Notes under the pieces: model-generated | Databases searched by the model: none | Seen by the model: the letters and a program-made list of their open reading frames with translations, nothing else | What the model was told of the DNA's origin: nothing | Shown here: piece after piece, positions 1 through 10,614 of the stretch | How positions within the stretch are numbered: the stretch's first letter is position 1 | Layout of the letters: each line of letters begins with the position of its first letter | Source of the DNA: Pelomyxa schiedti | Taxonomy: Eukaryota > Protista > Evosea | DNA length: 64,000 bases | Direction: 5' to 3' | Assembly (NCBI GenBank): GCA_020536535.1 | Contig: JAHLWZ010000805.1 | Location: 1-64,000, forward strand | Program-made: the position numbers and the translations under genes

Positions 1-1023
1 ATGTTGCAGTCTGGGCATTGGTAATATCCATCCCCTTATGAAGAAAAAGTGTTAATACTTCGTGATTCCAGGATATATTGGGGAAATACTCACACTGGCC
101 AACCGTAGTATCTTGGATGGTACATATCTTTTCATGGAAACACTGTAAAACAGGAGTGAGACAGAGTAGTACATGTAAAAGAAAAAGGGTGAGTACGGAA
201 GAGTGAAACATACTGTCCTGCAGTAAATATGCCGGCAGCCCTGTGGCTTCAGTACAAGCTGAAGTGTTTTGCACCTTGAGCACACTCCTTGCTCAATTCT
301 GGTTGGTGAATTGAAATCACATGGTTCTGTATCCCACAATGGCTCCGATCCCACTGCGGTAGATGGACGCCGTGACTCCGGAGAAGCCGCCGAGATGCCT
401 GAGGGAATGGGTGTGGACTGATTCATGGATCCGGGCTCAGACTTGGCCTGTGACGCAGTGATTACTGAAGCACCCATTACTGCAGGGGGGGCATTAAACT
501 GGGTGAATGCAGAAGTAGGACTGCCTCTGCTGGTGTCGATCCCCCGTCCTGTCGGATTGGAATTGGCAACGGCGAAGCCGCTCCCTGGCTGCCTTGGCAC
601 TGCCTGTGGTGTAACTTGCAGTTGTTGGGGCTGTGCCGGTTGTGCCGACTGCGGCGGCTGCGCGGATTGTGGGACAAACTGCTGCGTCTTGTTGAGAGGT
701 GGCGGGGCTTGCGACGGCTTTGGCGCGGCGGGTGCGGCCGTGAACTGCGGGGCCTGCGTCACTCTGTCGAACTCGGAGCTGTAGGGGGGCTGAAGCATTA
801 TGGGAGGAGTCCTGGTCTGGGCCGAAAGAGGCGGCGTGAAAGCCTGGGGAGGCGGGGGGCCGCCCATGGTGGCCGGGCGCGACGGCGGGGGGACGACCAG
901 GTTCGCTCGCTGTTGCCTCTGGACCCATGTCTCCATCATGCCCTCTAGAACGCCCAGCAAATCCGACACCCCAAGGTTCGAAAGATCATTCCGTTGCTTG
1001 TTGCCGCCAACCGAGGTTGTCAT
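1..1023 (-). CDS. Pro/Gln-rich protein with a C3HC4-type RING finger; 3' end runs off the window
   Basis: ATG at 1023 (MTTSVGGNKQ...). Splicing out GT-AG introns at ~145-214 and 35-93 (GTGAGT donor) gives CSRC-x11-CRHIYCRTC...WDGYYQCPDC, a complete RING pattern. Confidence 0.7.
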
Positions 1024-1183
1024 ACGGGCGGCACTAGAGTTCGGTTTTTTTTTTTTTTTCGTGGTTTCTGCTGGCCAACATTCCGTAAGGTTCCTACAAG
1101 TTGGCGGCAAAACCAAGATGTTCTCGGCCAGCGCGTTGTGGTTTGGTGTTGGGTGTAGGGTTCCATTGTGTTTTGTCATAAAC

Positions 1184-3031
1184 TCAGGGACTATCTTGTA
1201 CTTGGTGGACCAGGTAGCGTCCGACCTCGCACAAAATCCACGTGGGGAGTGTGACGAGGGGGCTGCCGGCGCCAGCCCTGGGGTGGTGTCCCATAAGTAG
1301 CGCCACGGCCTGCCCCTCCCACAGAATGTGCTGCTGCACCACGCCAAGGTGCCGCGCGCACCTCTGCACAGCCTCCTCCGCCTTGCTGATCTTTTCCTCG
1401 CCGCCGCTCGCCAGCGCCAGGACCCCAACCCTGGCAATGTCGCACGCCATCGATGCGTACTTGAGCGCAGTCCTGAGGTCCCTCCTGATGGTCCACCTTG
1501 TTGTGTTTTGGGGATCTGCTGGTGGTGTTGGTGCCGCAGTTGCTATTTGGGTTTGGGTGGATTCGCGGCTGCAATTGGTGGTGTTGGTGTTGGTGTTAAT
1601 GCTTGTTGTTGCTGTTGTGGAATCGGCCGAATTGGGTGTAGTTGTTGAATTGGAATTCAGGCTCAGATTGGAAAATAAATCATCCAGGGGTGTGGTCTGT
1701 GTGCTGGTATATGTGCTCACACTTTGGGCATTGATTCCATCATCATCCTCGACATCTTCTGGAATATCGATACCGGAAGCGTTGTCACATATGGAGTGAT
1801 CCAATTCTTTGCCATTTTCAACTCCGGCGAGATATATCTTGGAAAGTGCTTCTGCAGAATCTAGTGCTCCTATTTCTGCGGCATTGTGCAAGCACTGGAT
1901 GTATCTGAAAAAGTTTATTTTGACTTCGCGTCCACCAATTTCCATCCAAGCATTCAATGATCCTAATTGTGCCGCCTTCTTCAAGAGTGTATCAGCTTTG
2001 TGACGGTCTCTACCTGCGTGTGGGCTTCCATATCTGTAGTCAAAATACATGCACATCATGGATCCAACATCTCCATAATTCGCAGCTTTTTGTGCCAGCT
2101 CGAATGCCTTTGAAAGGTTCCTAGGTATGGCAGCGTTCCCCTCCTATTTTGGGCATTATGAAAGAGAGAAAAAAGAGTTAAGGTAAATACAGTATATGAA
2201 AGAGACAGGTTGTACATTGCCACAGTGTTTCCCAAATCGGCAGCGCTATGATAAAGGCTCAGAGCCTTAGCATGGTCAACTGGAGTGCCATCCCCATTGT
2301 CATAGCAAAAAGCAAGACTGAAGGAGGAATTTGTGTTTCCAAGATTGCTTGCTTGTTTGAAAAGCCGGAGAGCTTCAGAAAGGTCAGTTACAATTCCAGC
2401 GCGGGGACAACCATAATAAAAGTAAAGGGCTAGCTAAGGTTGATCAGGTGGAAACGCGTTGGGTGAGGCATACTTGATGAAGAGCTACTGGGTACCACTT
2501 TGATGTCTTGGACACCTTTCTGAAAAGGTTAAGAGCCACCTTATCATTAAACAAGAAAAACCTATGTACAGTTTCCATTGCTTTTCAAAAAATTGGAACG
2601 GCTTACTTCTCCCACAATGCGTGAACAGTGACACTACCAGGTTCACTTGTGCACAAAGGAAATGTAGTGTTGAAGAATAATGTCCCAGCATCTACAATAG
2701 GTTGTCGAATTTGAAAACTCTTCAGGCAACAATAAGACGACGGTCTCAAATCCTCCCGTTCTTGGCACTTTGGAAACATTATCACAAGTACCTAGCAGCG
2801 GGGGAAAAAAAAAAAAAAAATATTCAAAACAGTTGATTAGCAGGGCCCAGCAAAACAAAAGGTCTCTTTCAGTGATACTTTCTCAAGAAACATGACCGAC
2901 GGGGCAAACGAGCGGCAACTCTGCAGGGACGCGGCCAACTTGTCCGCGCACTTGTCAAGGCACCCGGCAGTGAACAGACCAATGGCGTCGATCAAGCTGC
3001 ATTCGGCGCTGCGCTGTTGCTCGTGAATCAT
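1184..3031 (-). CDS. Sel1-like repeat (SLR) protein, multi-exon
   Basis: SLR-type segments: GNAAIPRNLSKAFELAQKAANYG, GSPHAGRDRHKADTLLKKAAQLG, RRDLRTALKYASMA. Stop at 1184; start inferred at the ATG at 3031 (MIHEQQRS). Confidence 0.7.
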
Positions 3032-3260
3032 GTCGTAATTTGTCGAACAGATGAATGTGGTCTTCGAATGACAACAGGACCATTGCTGAGGTTGGCCTCC
3101 CAACAGCCAAGGTCCCCCTTACCTTGTAAACAAATTCTGTCAGAATTCCCCCCAGATTCCAGACAACTTTCCAAGGAAATCAATCAAAATCCCCGAAGCC
3201 ACGAAGCGTTCTTCGCATGGCACGCGACACGAAACGGCATAAAACAACAAAACGACTTTG

Positions 3261-4783
3261 ATGCAAACACACATGCTGCCTTCATCAGCCACCACGACTT
3301 GTTGTACCACCACTACGGCGCCAGTGCCGACTTATGGGACCACGCCGACAACGAGGACAGCACCGATGTCGACTTCCGCGGTTTGCCATGTCACACGTGC
3401 AATTGCTTACTCTCTCTGTTTTTGTCACAGGGTGCTGCATTCCAGGAAACCAGTTGGACGTGGGCTTCTTTACGATCCTTTGGAGTTATTGGGGGCAGGC
3501 GCCAGTTATGACGTCATTGCGGACCGGTGTGACTTGTCTCATTGTTGCGCAGCTTCACTTTGGAAAACATTCCACAAGGAGGGACAGGAGGCTGCAAAAC
3601 AAAAGCTAGCTCAGTCTTTTTCCAGGCATTCAAGGCCTAAGTGAGTACCGGGAAAGCTTGGATTTTTTCGGGGACTAATTAATCGACTTGGATTCTATTG
3701 CTAGTTCGAAAGATGCAAGAGTGTGTACATTTTTGCAGAGTTTCTATGGCAAAGCATTAGAAAGTCCCAAGGCACTCTCAGAGCTTGCAACAGTACACCT
3801 TGGCCAACCTATCACACCCAGAGATATCTCCAAGGTATTCCTTTGTGAAAGGTAGTAGTTGCAACTCCATAAAGTTGTTTAATAGGGGATCTCCATGCTT
3901 CAGCTATCAAGCAAAGAGACAAGTGCAACCCAAGCTGGTGGAGATACGAGTCAAAACGCTTGCCAGGAAGTCGACAATTTTTCACTGACACGTTTGGTCT
4001 GGAGGGCTGACCAACTTGTATTCACAGATAAAAAAGTTTTTAAAGCACGCGATATACCTGCTAGGTTGTTCTAATTCACTTTCTGAAAATGCTGAAGTAA
4101 ACCTAGAATGCCACCTTTCAGAATTCCCAATACTGACAAAACGATGGAATGGGTCAGCCCAAGCTTTCGTAAGGCACTTGCTACAAAATTCTGAACTTTG
4201 GAGCATAATATTTTCCTAGGTTGAGGTCATTGTTGCAATTGGAGTTGTGCAGCTTGGGCAATTGTTAGATGGGACTTGGGGTGACATTGGGGCACTCACA
4301 TTTTATCTTGCACAAGACAGGCTTTCAAAGGAAGAGAAAACCCGTTTTTACACTCAGATATTACCTCGCAAACTTTCTCCATATTCAGGTTACTTGTACT
4401 TCCTATCCACGATACAATTTGATTCATTGTCAACAGGGCCACGTAGTGTGGTAGTTTTGGACAATAAACCCCGTTACCGGCAGCAAATATCAGACATAAG
4501 TTCAGCAATTTCTGCTGCTGGATGCTTTTCAACATGGAGGTCTCCTCAATCCCCTGAACTTAATCTAGGGGAAATATTCTGGGATGCTGTCATGAATCGT
4601 CTTGCTCAACTACACCGGGAGCACCTCTTTGGTTCATCTTCCCACCTTCTACATGCATCACTCATTATTATAGGAGTGCACGGTTTTATTAAATGTGCAG
4701 ACCTTGATGACCTCATAGAGTGTTTAAAAACAACAAGGATATCACGAGATTCCTTACATTCTGTTGGTCTCAATTGGTTGTAG
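3261..4783 (+). CDS. Hypothetical protein, multi-exon, divergent from the Sel1 gene
   Basis: Chain of open frames separated by short GT-AG introns, ending ...LHSVGLNWL* at 4783. No recognisable domain. Confidence 0.5.
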
Positions 4784-5188
4784 TCAAATAAACAACAATT
4801 TTTTTGGAAGGATTTCCTGTAAGTGGGGAAGGTGCTGTATGACAAACCAATGAAGCCTCTAGGGACGAGAATAACCCCCAAAACATTTGGCGAAGCCTGC
4901 CCAGGGCTTCTAGAATTCTACCAACATCTACACCACAATCCACCATTTGTGTGTGACTCCTCTTTAATTTTTAAATGGTCTCTGGTCCAGTAAGATGAGG
5001 TCTGAGACCCTTTCCTTCTTTTTCCCAAAGGGGCATAGCTGTGACCAACAGACCTGTTCAACCAAAACCAAAGGTGGTCACCAGTAGAAAATCTGTCCAC
5101 ACGTTGAGAGCACCTCTAAGAACAATTGCTAGACTGAGGAGGGTAGTGACGTGGCTCGTTCGAAAAAAGGAGAAAAATAATGAATAGG

Positions 5189-6235
5189 TCAGTAGGGGGT
5201 GGTGTTCATCTCCGCTACCAGGGCAGTGACAGCCTGGCCCAGGATTTTGACCCTGCCTCCTTCGGCGAGGCACACACGCAGGTCGCCCCCACGCCTCGAG
5301 GCCTGGCGAGACACCATTGCCCTGCCCCTCTGCTCCCCCGGCGGGATTGCGGCCCCCAGGAGCCGGGCCCAGTATGGCGTGAGCGTCGAGTGCGCCGAGC
5401 CCGTCACGGGGTCCTCGTCGATGCCGACGGCGGGCGCGAAGAAGCGGCACACAAAGTCTCGCGGCTGCTGCGGCCCGCTGCTCGAGGTAGCCTGGCTTGT
5501 AACTATGATCCCGCGGTGGGATTCCGGCAGGTCGCGGATGGCTCCCATGTTGGGCTTCAGCCCGTTCACTTCCTCCTCGGTTTGCACGTGAACAAAGAAG
5601 TCAGTCCTAAGGCCGAGCAGTAAGAAACGGGGCATGAGGAAGATACTCGAGGGAGGGGGGGGGGCAAGTCACAGTAGAGTGATTTAGTAGTAATAATAAT
5701 AATAGGAGTGCATGTAATCAGAGATTATTATCACATACCTCGACTTGCCAATGTAAATTGGGGGAGTCTTGAGCCCCAAGGCCTGGCGAATCTTCACACC
5801 CAAATCCGACTCAATGGGCACGACCGTGTCTGGTGGTTCTTGTGGGAAATCCATCTCTATCCAATTGCTTCCGTCGGGCATCTGGACCCTGGTGGCACCA
5901 AGCACCCCCCTGCGCCTGGTGTGAGCAGATATCGGGACACCGGTGGGCACCGCCCCAGTCTCCCACAGCACATGGCAGCTCCCCAAGGTAGCGTGCCCGC
6001 ACAGATCCACCTCAGCGCAGGGCGTAAACCACACGATGCTGTACTCTGCCGGCCCCAACGTCGACGAAGAAGGGAGCGGGCACAGGAAGGCAGTCTCGGC
6101 CAGATTCATTTCCATTGCCACGGACTGCATCCAGGCATCAGAGGGCGGCGGGGCGTCCGCGGACAGGATTACCACCCCGGCGGGGTTGCCGCCAAAGAGT
6201 CGCGATGTAAAGGCGTCGACTTGGTAGATCCTCAT
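5189..6235 (-). CDS. phzF: PhzF/PhzC-family (diaminopimelate-epimerase-like) isomerase, 2 exons
   Basis: MRIYQVDAFT...GGNPAGV, EMNLAETAF, EVDLCGHATL, RFFAPAVGIDEDPVTGSAH, QASRRGG. One intron at 5607-5738 (GTATGT...TAG). Confidence 0.92.
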
Positions 6236-6397
6236 GTTTCGAAGGGTTTGTTAGTCGAAATATCCCTTTATTTGTTGTTATTAACAAAAAAAAAGTAAAG
6301 GTCAAACCCCCACAAGATTTGGGGGATTCTAACTTCTATGCCAGATATCTATATATATACTGGATATTTTGAATGGAAAAAGTTTTTGATTCGTGTC

Positions 6398-8114
6398 TCA
6401 CACAACCTCAGGCAATAGAGCCATGAGCAAAGTTCTGTCCTGGTCAGAGAGAATGCTGGTGTTGGCTATGAGCTCCCTTGCTTTAGTAGGTATGGAGTGA
6501 ACCTGTAAGTTGTGAGATAAATCAAGTTTATAGGACTCTCACTTCGAAATTGCGCAGTGCCCTAATGCCTACAAGTCTGTCGAACATACACCACTCTCGA
6601 GAATAAAGCTCCTTCCACTTGGCCTCACAGCGTGCTGGCTCAGCAGACCAAAGGTTTTGGTCTAAGTTTGATTAGGTTGTTCAGAGAAAAAAAAAAAGAG
6701 CAGACATTGATCGGTTGAATGTCCAGGATAGACCGACGCAACCACTTTTTTTCGTGCCAGGGTTAAGACCTCAGTTACTAGATTATAGATACGGATATGC
6801 TTTAGAGCGAACGGGTTAGAAATCAATGCTGGAAAAAGCTTAGGTACCTCGATTTCCTCCTATTTTTCAGTTAGTCTATGATATTGGTTAAGGTGTGTAC
6901 TTGAACGGTGTTTAGCTGCTGTCTGAGGGCTTCTAGCGAAGTGGCGTGCCCAGCGCTGTCGGCCACCAGCTTAGCAATGACTGTCTCCTGATTAGCAATG
7001 ATGGTCGCATGATTAGCAATGATGATCGCCTGATTAGCAATGACGGCAGCTTGCTCGGCGATGTCGGTCTGCAGCTTAGCAATAATGGTGCCCTGCTTAG
7101 CAATAGTGTCGCCCTGCTTAGCAAGAATGGCCCCCTGCGCGGCTAGCATTTTGTCTATGTTCTCCAGACGTTCTGTAAGCTCATTATTTTCTTTCTGTTT
7201 GTGGAGGTTACATTTGTAAAGTGTCAAGCATATGAATTACCTGAGAACTTGTAATTTTACTTCTTACACCGTCAATTTCTTTAATGTACTTTTCTTTTTC
7301 TTTCTAACAGGTTGCCCATTAAAAAAGGCTTGGCAGTTAGTCAATGCACAACCTTACGCTCGTCTTTCTCAAAGCAGGTAGAGCATTTCTTTCGCAGTCC
7401 TTCAACACGCTCTTCTATTGAAACTTTCAGTATATTTGGAATGATGGGATACTCCTACCAGTTCTCTGTAGGACATTGCGTAGTGAACGGGGCTGATGTA
7501 AAGCGTCCAGTCTCTCGATTCTTACGTAACCACCACGGTTTTGGAACTGGTCAATTGGAATGGTAGAATCAGGCTTGAGTCTCACAAGAAACGGCCGCTC
7601 AATGTAATACGATATAGATATCTCTTCAAACGAAGGCATATCAGCCTCAGCGACTCCCAAAAAGCCAGCTAGGGGCCTTGCGATGTCCGACCACATGCCT
7701 GTCCTGTTCCCTGTCAGGCGGAAGCCTGCTCCCAACGGTACGAATCACAGGAAACGACCAGTTGTAAACCTCACCATATTGGATGCGATGCTCCACCGAT
7801 GTTGCATTGGCGCACGTGGTGCTGCTGCTGCTGGTGGTGGTGGTGGTGGTAGCACTTTCGCGTGTCGAAACGGGCGCCGCAGTAGCCGTAATGCTGGGTG
7901 TAGATGTTGAATCAACTGGCGATGCATAAGTAGATGCAGACGCAGAAGTAGATGTGGATGCAGAAGTAGTAGCGGTGGCCCCTGTTGTGGTGTCGGTGCT
8001 TGTGGCCACCGAGGGCACTGCCGTAGTTGTCGCCGGCGGGTCTGCACCTGACTGAGACTTGACTGTGGTGCGACGCTGGTGTTGTTGGTTTCTGTTTGTC
8101 CCTTTCTTGGTCAT
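6398..8114 (-). CDS. Hypothetical protein: Thr/Ser-rich N-terminus, heptad coiled coil, C-terminal helical domain with an RNxxxH motif
   Basis: ATG at 8114 (MTKKGTNRNQ); several GT-AG introns; last exon VHSIPTKARELI...LLPEVV* with TGA at 6398-6400. Confidence 0.65.
6968..7150 (-). repeat. About 8 imperfect 21-nt tandem repeats encoding coiled-coil heptads (AKQGDTI/AKQGTII/ANQAIII/ANHATII/ANQETVI)
   Basis: ttagcaa(t) recurs in 21-nt register at 6971, 6992, 7013, 7034, 7076, 7097 and 7118. Confidence 0.85.
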
Positions 8115-8271
8115 GTGGAGGTGCTCGTGCGGCTGCACTTTTCTTATTTACACAAAGTAGATAGTAGATAAATTGGGTAATTTAGATTAGATCCAGGATC
8201 GGAGAAAAAAAATTGGCTTTTTCTTGTCATTTGTGTTGATGCTGCACACCGTATCTTCTACAACTTGCAGG

Positions 8272-10567
8272 TTACATCAGGTTGCATCCAGAAGGAGCGG
8301 GGTGCGACTGTGGGAGGGTGTTCTGCATGAGACTGTGGACTCTGGACCAGGCCCGCAATGCTTGTTCGAAAACCTTCTTGGTGTTCAGAGTCCTGTTGCC
8401 AGAAGTCTCGAGGAACTTTTTGGTTTTAGGGTAGGTAGGAGAGGAGAGACTCTACAGGAACAAGGTGTTGTCTGGCTAAAAGAGTGCCATCAAACGGTGA
8501 TACTTGGCGATATTGCAAATCGGCCTTACAGCCACAGAGTACAACTGGCATTGCACATCCGAATTTCCGGCGTAGAATAGACATAAACTTTTGTGCTTCT
8601 GTGAAACTGGATAACTCCTCTACGCTGTAGCAAACGATATAGGCATGTGCTCGCTGAAGTGTTTTACTTGGTTTTTTCTTATGCTTACGGCTTATCTTAC
8701 TTGAACCTGGTTCTGTGCTGCAGAGTCGAAATCGAGAACATGAACCGGTACTTTTTCTTTTCTGTTTCCCTCACTGGAGAAATTGGGGACTGCGCTGCCA
8801 TCCACTTTCTAAGACAGGGGTGAAAACCTCTCAAATAATAAGGCGGGTGTATTGCCTGCTTCGTTGCACTTTCCACAAGGGTCTTCTTTCCAATACCGGG
8901 AAGCCCACAGATATTAATTGCCAAGCAATGGAAGCGTTCACTGAAACTATGAGCATCAGAGTAACAAAAACTTTGGGAGTGACTATCAGTAAAGGCCATG
9001 GATTGCTGAAGAGCAGTTTTCAGTGAATAAGACTCTTGGAATGGAAATTTGTTGCTGAGGGCAAGTTTTTTGGTGACTCGGCCACTCCAGCACAAATGAT
9101 GAATTCTCGTGTTTACCTTACTTGTTAATTGTGAAGGTAGGAGGTGTAAGAGGAGGTTATACCTTGGAGAAATTGACTACAATATCTCTCAGGGGTAGAA
9201 AATACATTATATTCACGATCAAGGAGTCCGGCAGAGAAGATAGTTTGTCAAGTTCGCCACCTGTAAATGTGCAACACCATACTGAAGGTTCGCTGAATTC
9301 GGCAGTTATACCACCGAAAATGAGAATCCTTAAGAAAGGTTAGGGGGTCTTTAATATGCTTTCTGAAGCAACCTTCCCTTCCAAGGTGTTGCCGTATGCA
9401 AGTAAATTGGAGTGTTGTCCCCTATACACATCAATTCTGAAATAAGTCGTCAGTAGTAACATTACATAATTTGAATGGCACCTTTCCAGCGTTCTGTGTT
9501 GAGATCTAGTGCAGATGCAGTACTCACAGAATTTTTTTGTAGTGTGTTGAAGCCTCCTATGACCACAAGTCTGTTATCCACCAGGGATACAGAGTGGCCA
9601 AAGAGAGTAGCCTGTGGTCGAGGTGGCATTCTGTGTACTTCTACCTTTGACGTGGGAATGTCAATTGAGTAAAACGGGCTAAGAGGAAAATAAGTGAGTG
9701 AGTGATAATGCGCATTACTTCGAGTGATTAAACCTGGTATAGTGAGCTAAAGGTCTCACTTTCCCTGCAAGTACATGGAGCTGGTTGCGGACTACAACAG
9801 CACTATGAAAATGAGGACAGGGTGGTAGGTCTTCATAGGAATATTCATTGATTAGTTTCCGGTGCTCCCAGTGCAGTGAGTCCAGGTGAATTACCCACAA
9901 GTCATCATCGTGGTGTCCCGGCTCGGAGTCATCGGTAAAACCACCATGAATAATCATCTTTCCCTCGTGTATTGCAGCTACATGGCCACATCTTGAAGAA
10001 CATCGGTCATTATGCAGAAATAAAACTGGCTTGACCAAAAAAAGAAGTACCTTGGAGAAGGAAACTCAGAAGTAGCTCTCACCTCCTTCCATGTGTGTGT
10101 AGAGAAGTTAAAAAACAGCAGCTGATTACTTAGCCCGGATGAAGTTGCTCCACCAAACACAATCCTATTATGAAATTTGGGAGTCAAATGCAAAAATAGA
10201 AGTCCACACATGTTGCCATTGTGAACTACAGCAGAAGCACTGTGCCTTGGTTCAGGAGGAGCTGGGTTCTGAATAACTTCTCTCCAGGGAAGTTCACTGA
10301 AAGAAGGAAAGCAAGAGTCCACAGTGGGACAATAGAAACTGTCCCTAGCCACTTCCAAATCAACAGCAATCATGTCACCTTTGTGCAGTAGTACAAGTGT
10401 TGTTGGAAGAAGAAAAACAACCAAACACTCCAACAGCAAAAAAGGAACACACCCATAATGGTGCCGTTGTAGCCTCCGTAGATGTACAACACTGAGCCGT
10501 TTACTACAGCGCAGTGCGAATTCCTCTTGGGCCAACCCCCTCCAACGGCCACACGTCGCCACTCCAT
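8272..10567 (-). CDS. Kelch-repeat protein fused to a C-terminal degenerate Ras-like domain ending in a CaaX box
   Basis: Kelch blades (RNSHCAVV..LYIYGG, RHSASAVV..IVFGG, RCGHVAAI..IIHGG, FGHSVSLV..VVIGG). Then GLPGIGKKT, YIVCYSV, VVLCGCKADL, FLETSG and a terminal SGCNLM*. Confidence 0.8.
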
Positions 10568-10614
10568 TCTCGTAACAAAAGTTTCTTTTATCAGTTTCTT
10601 TTATCAGCTGCGCC

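Noticed and set aside
4790-5180. Possible structured ncRNA (GAGGTCTGAGAC resembles RNase P CR-I)
   Set aside because: No matching CR-V or P4 partner found; more likely the 3' UTRs of two convergent genes.
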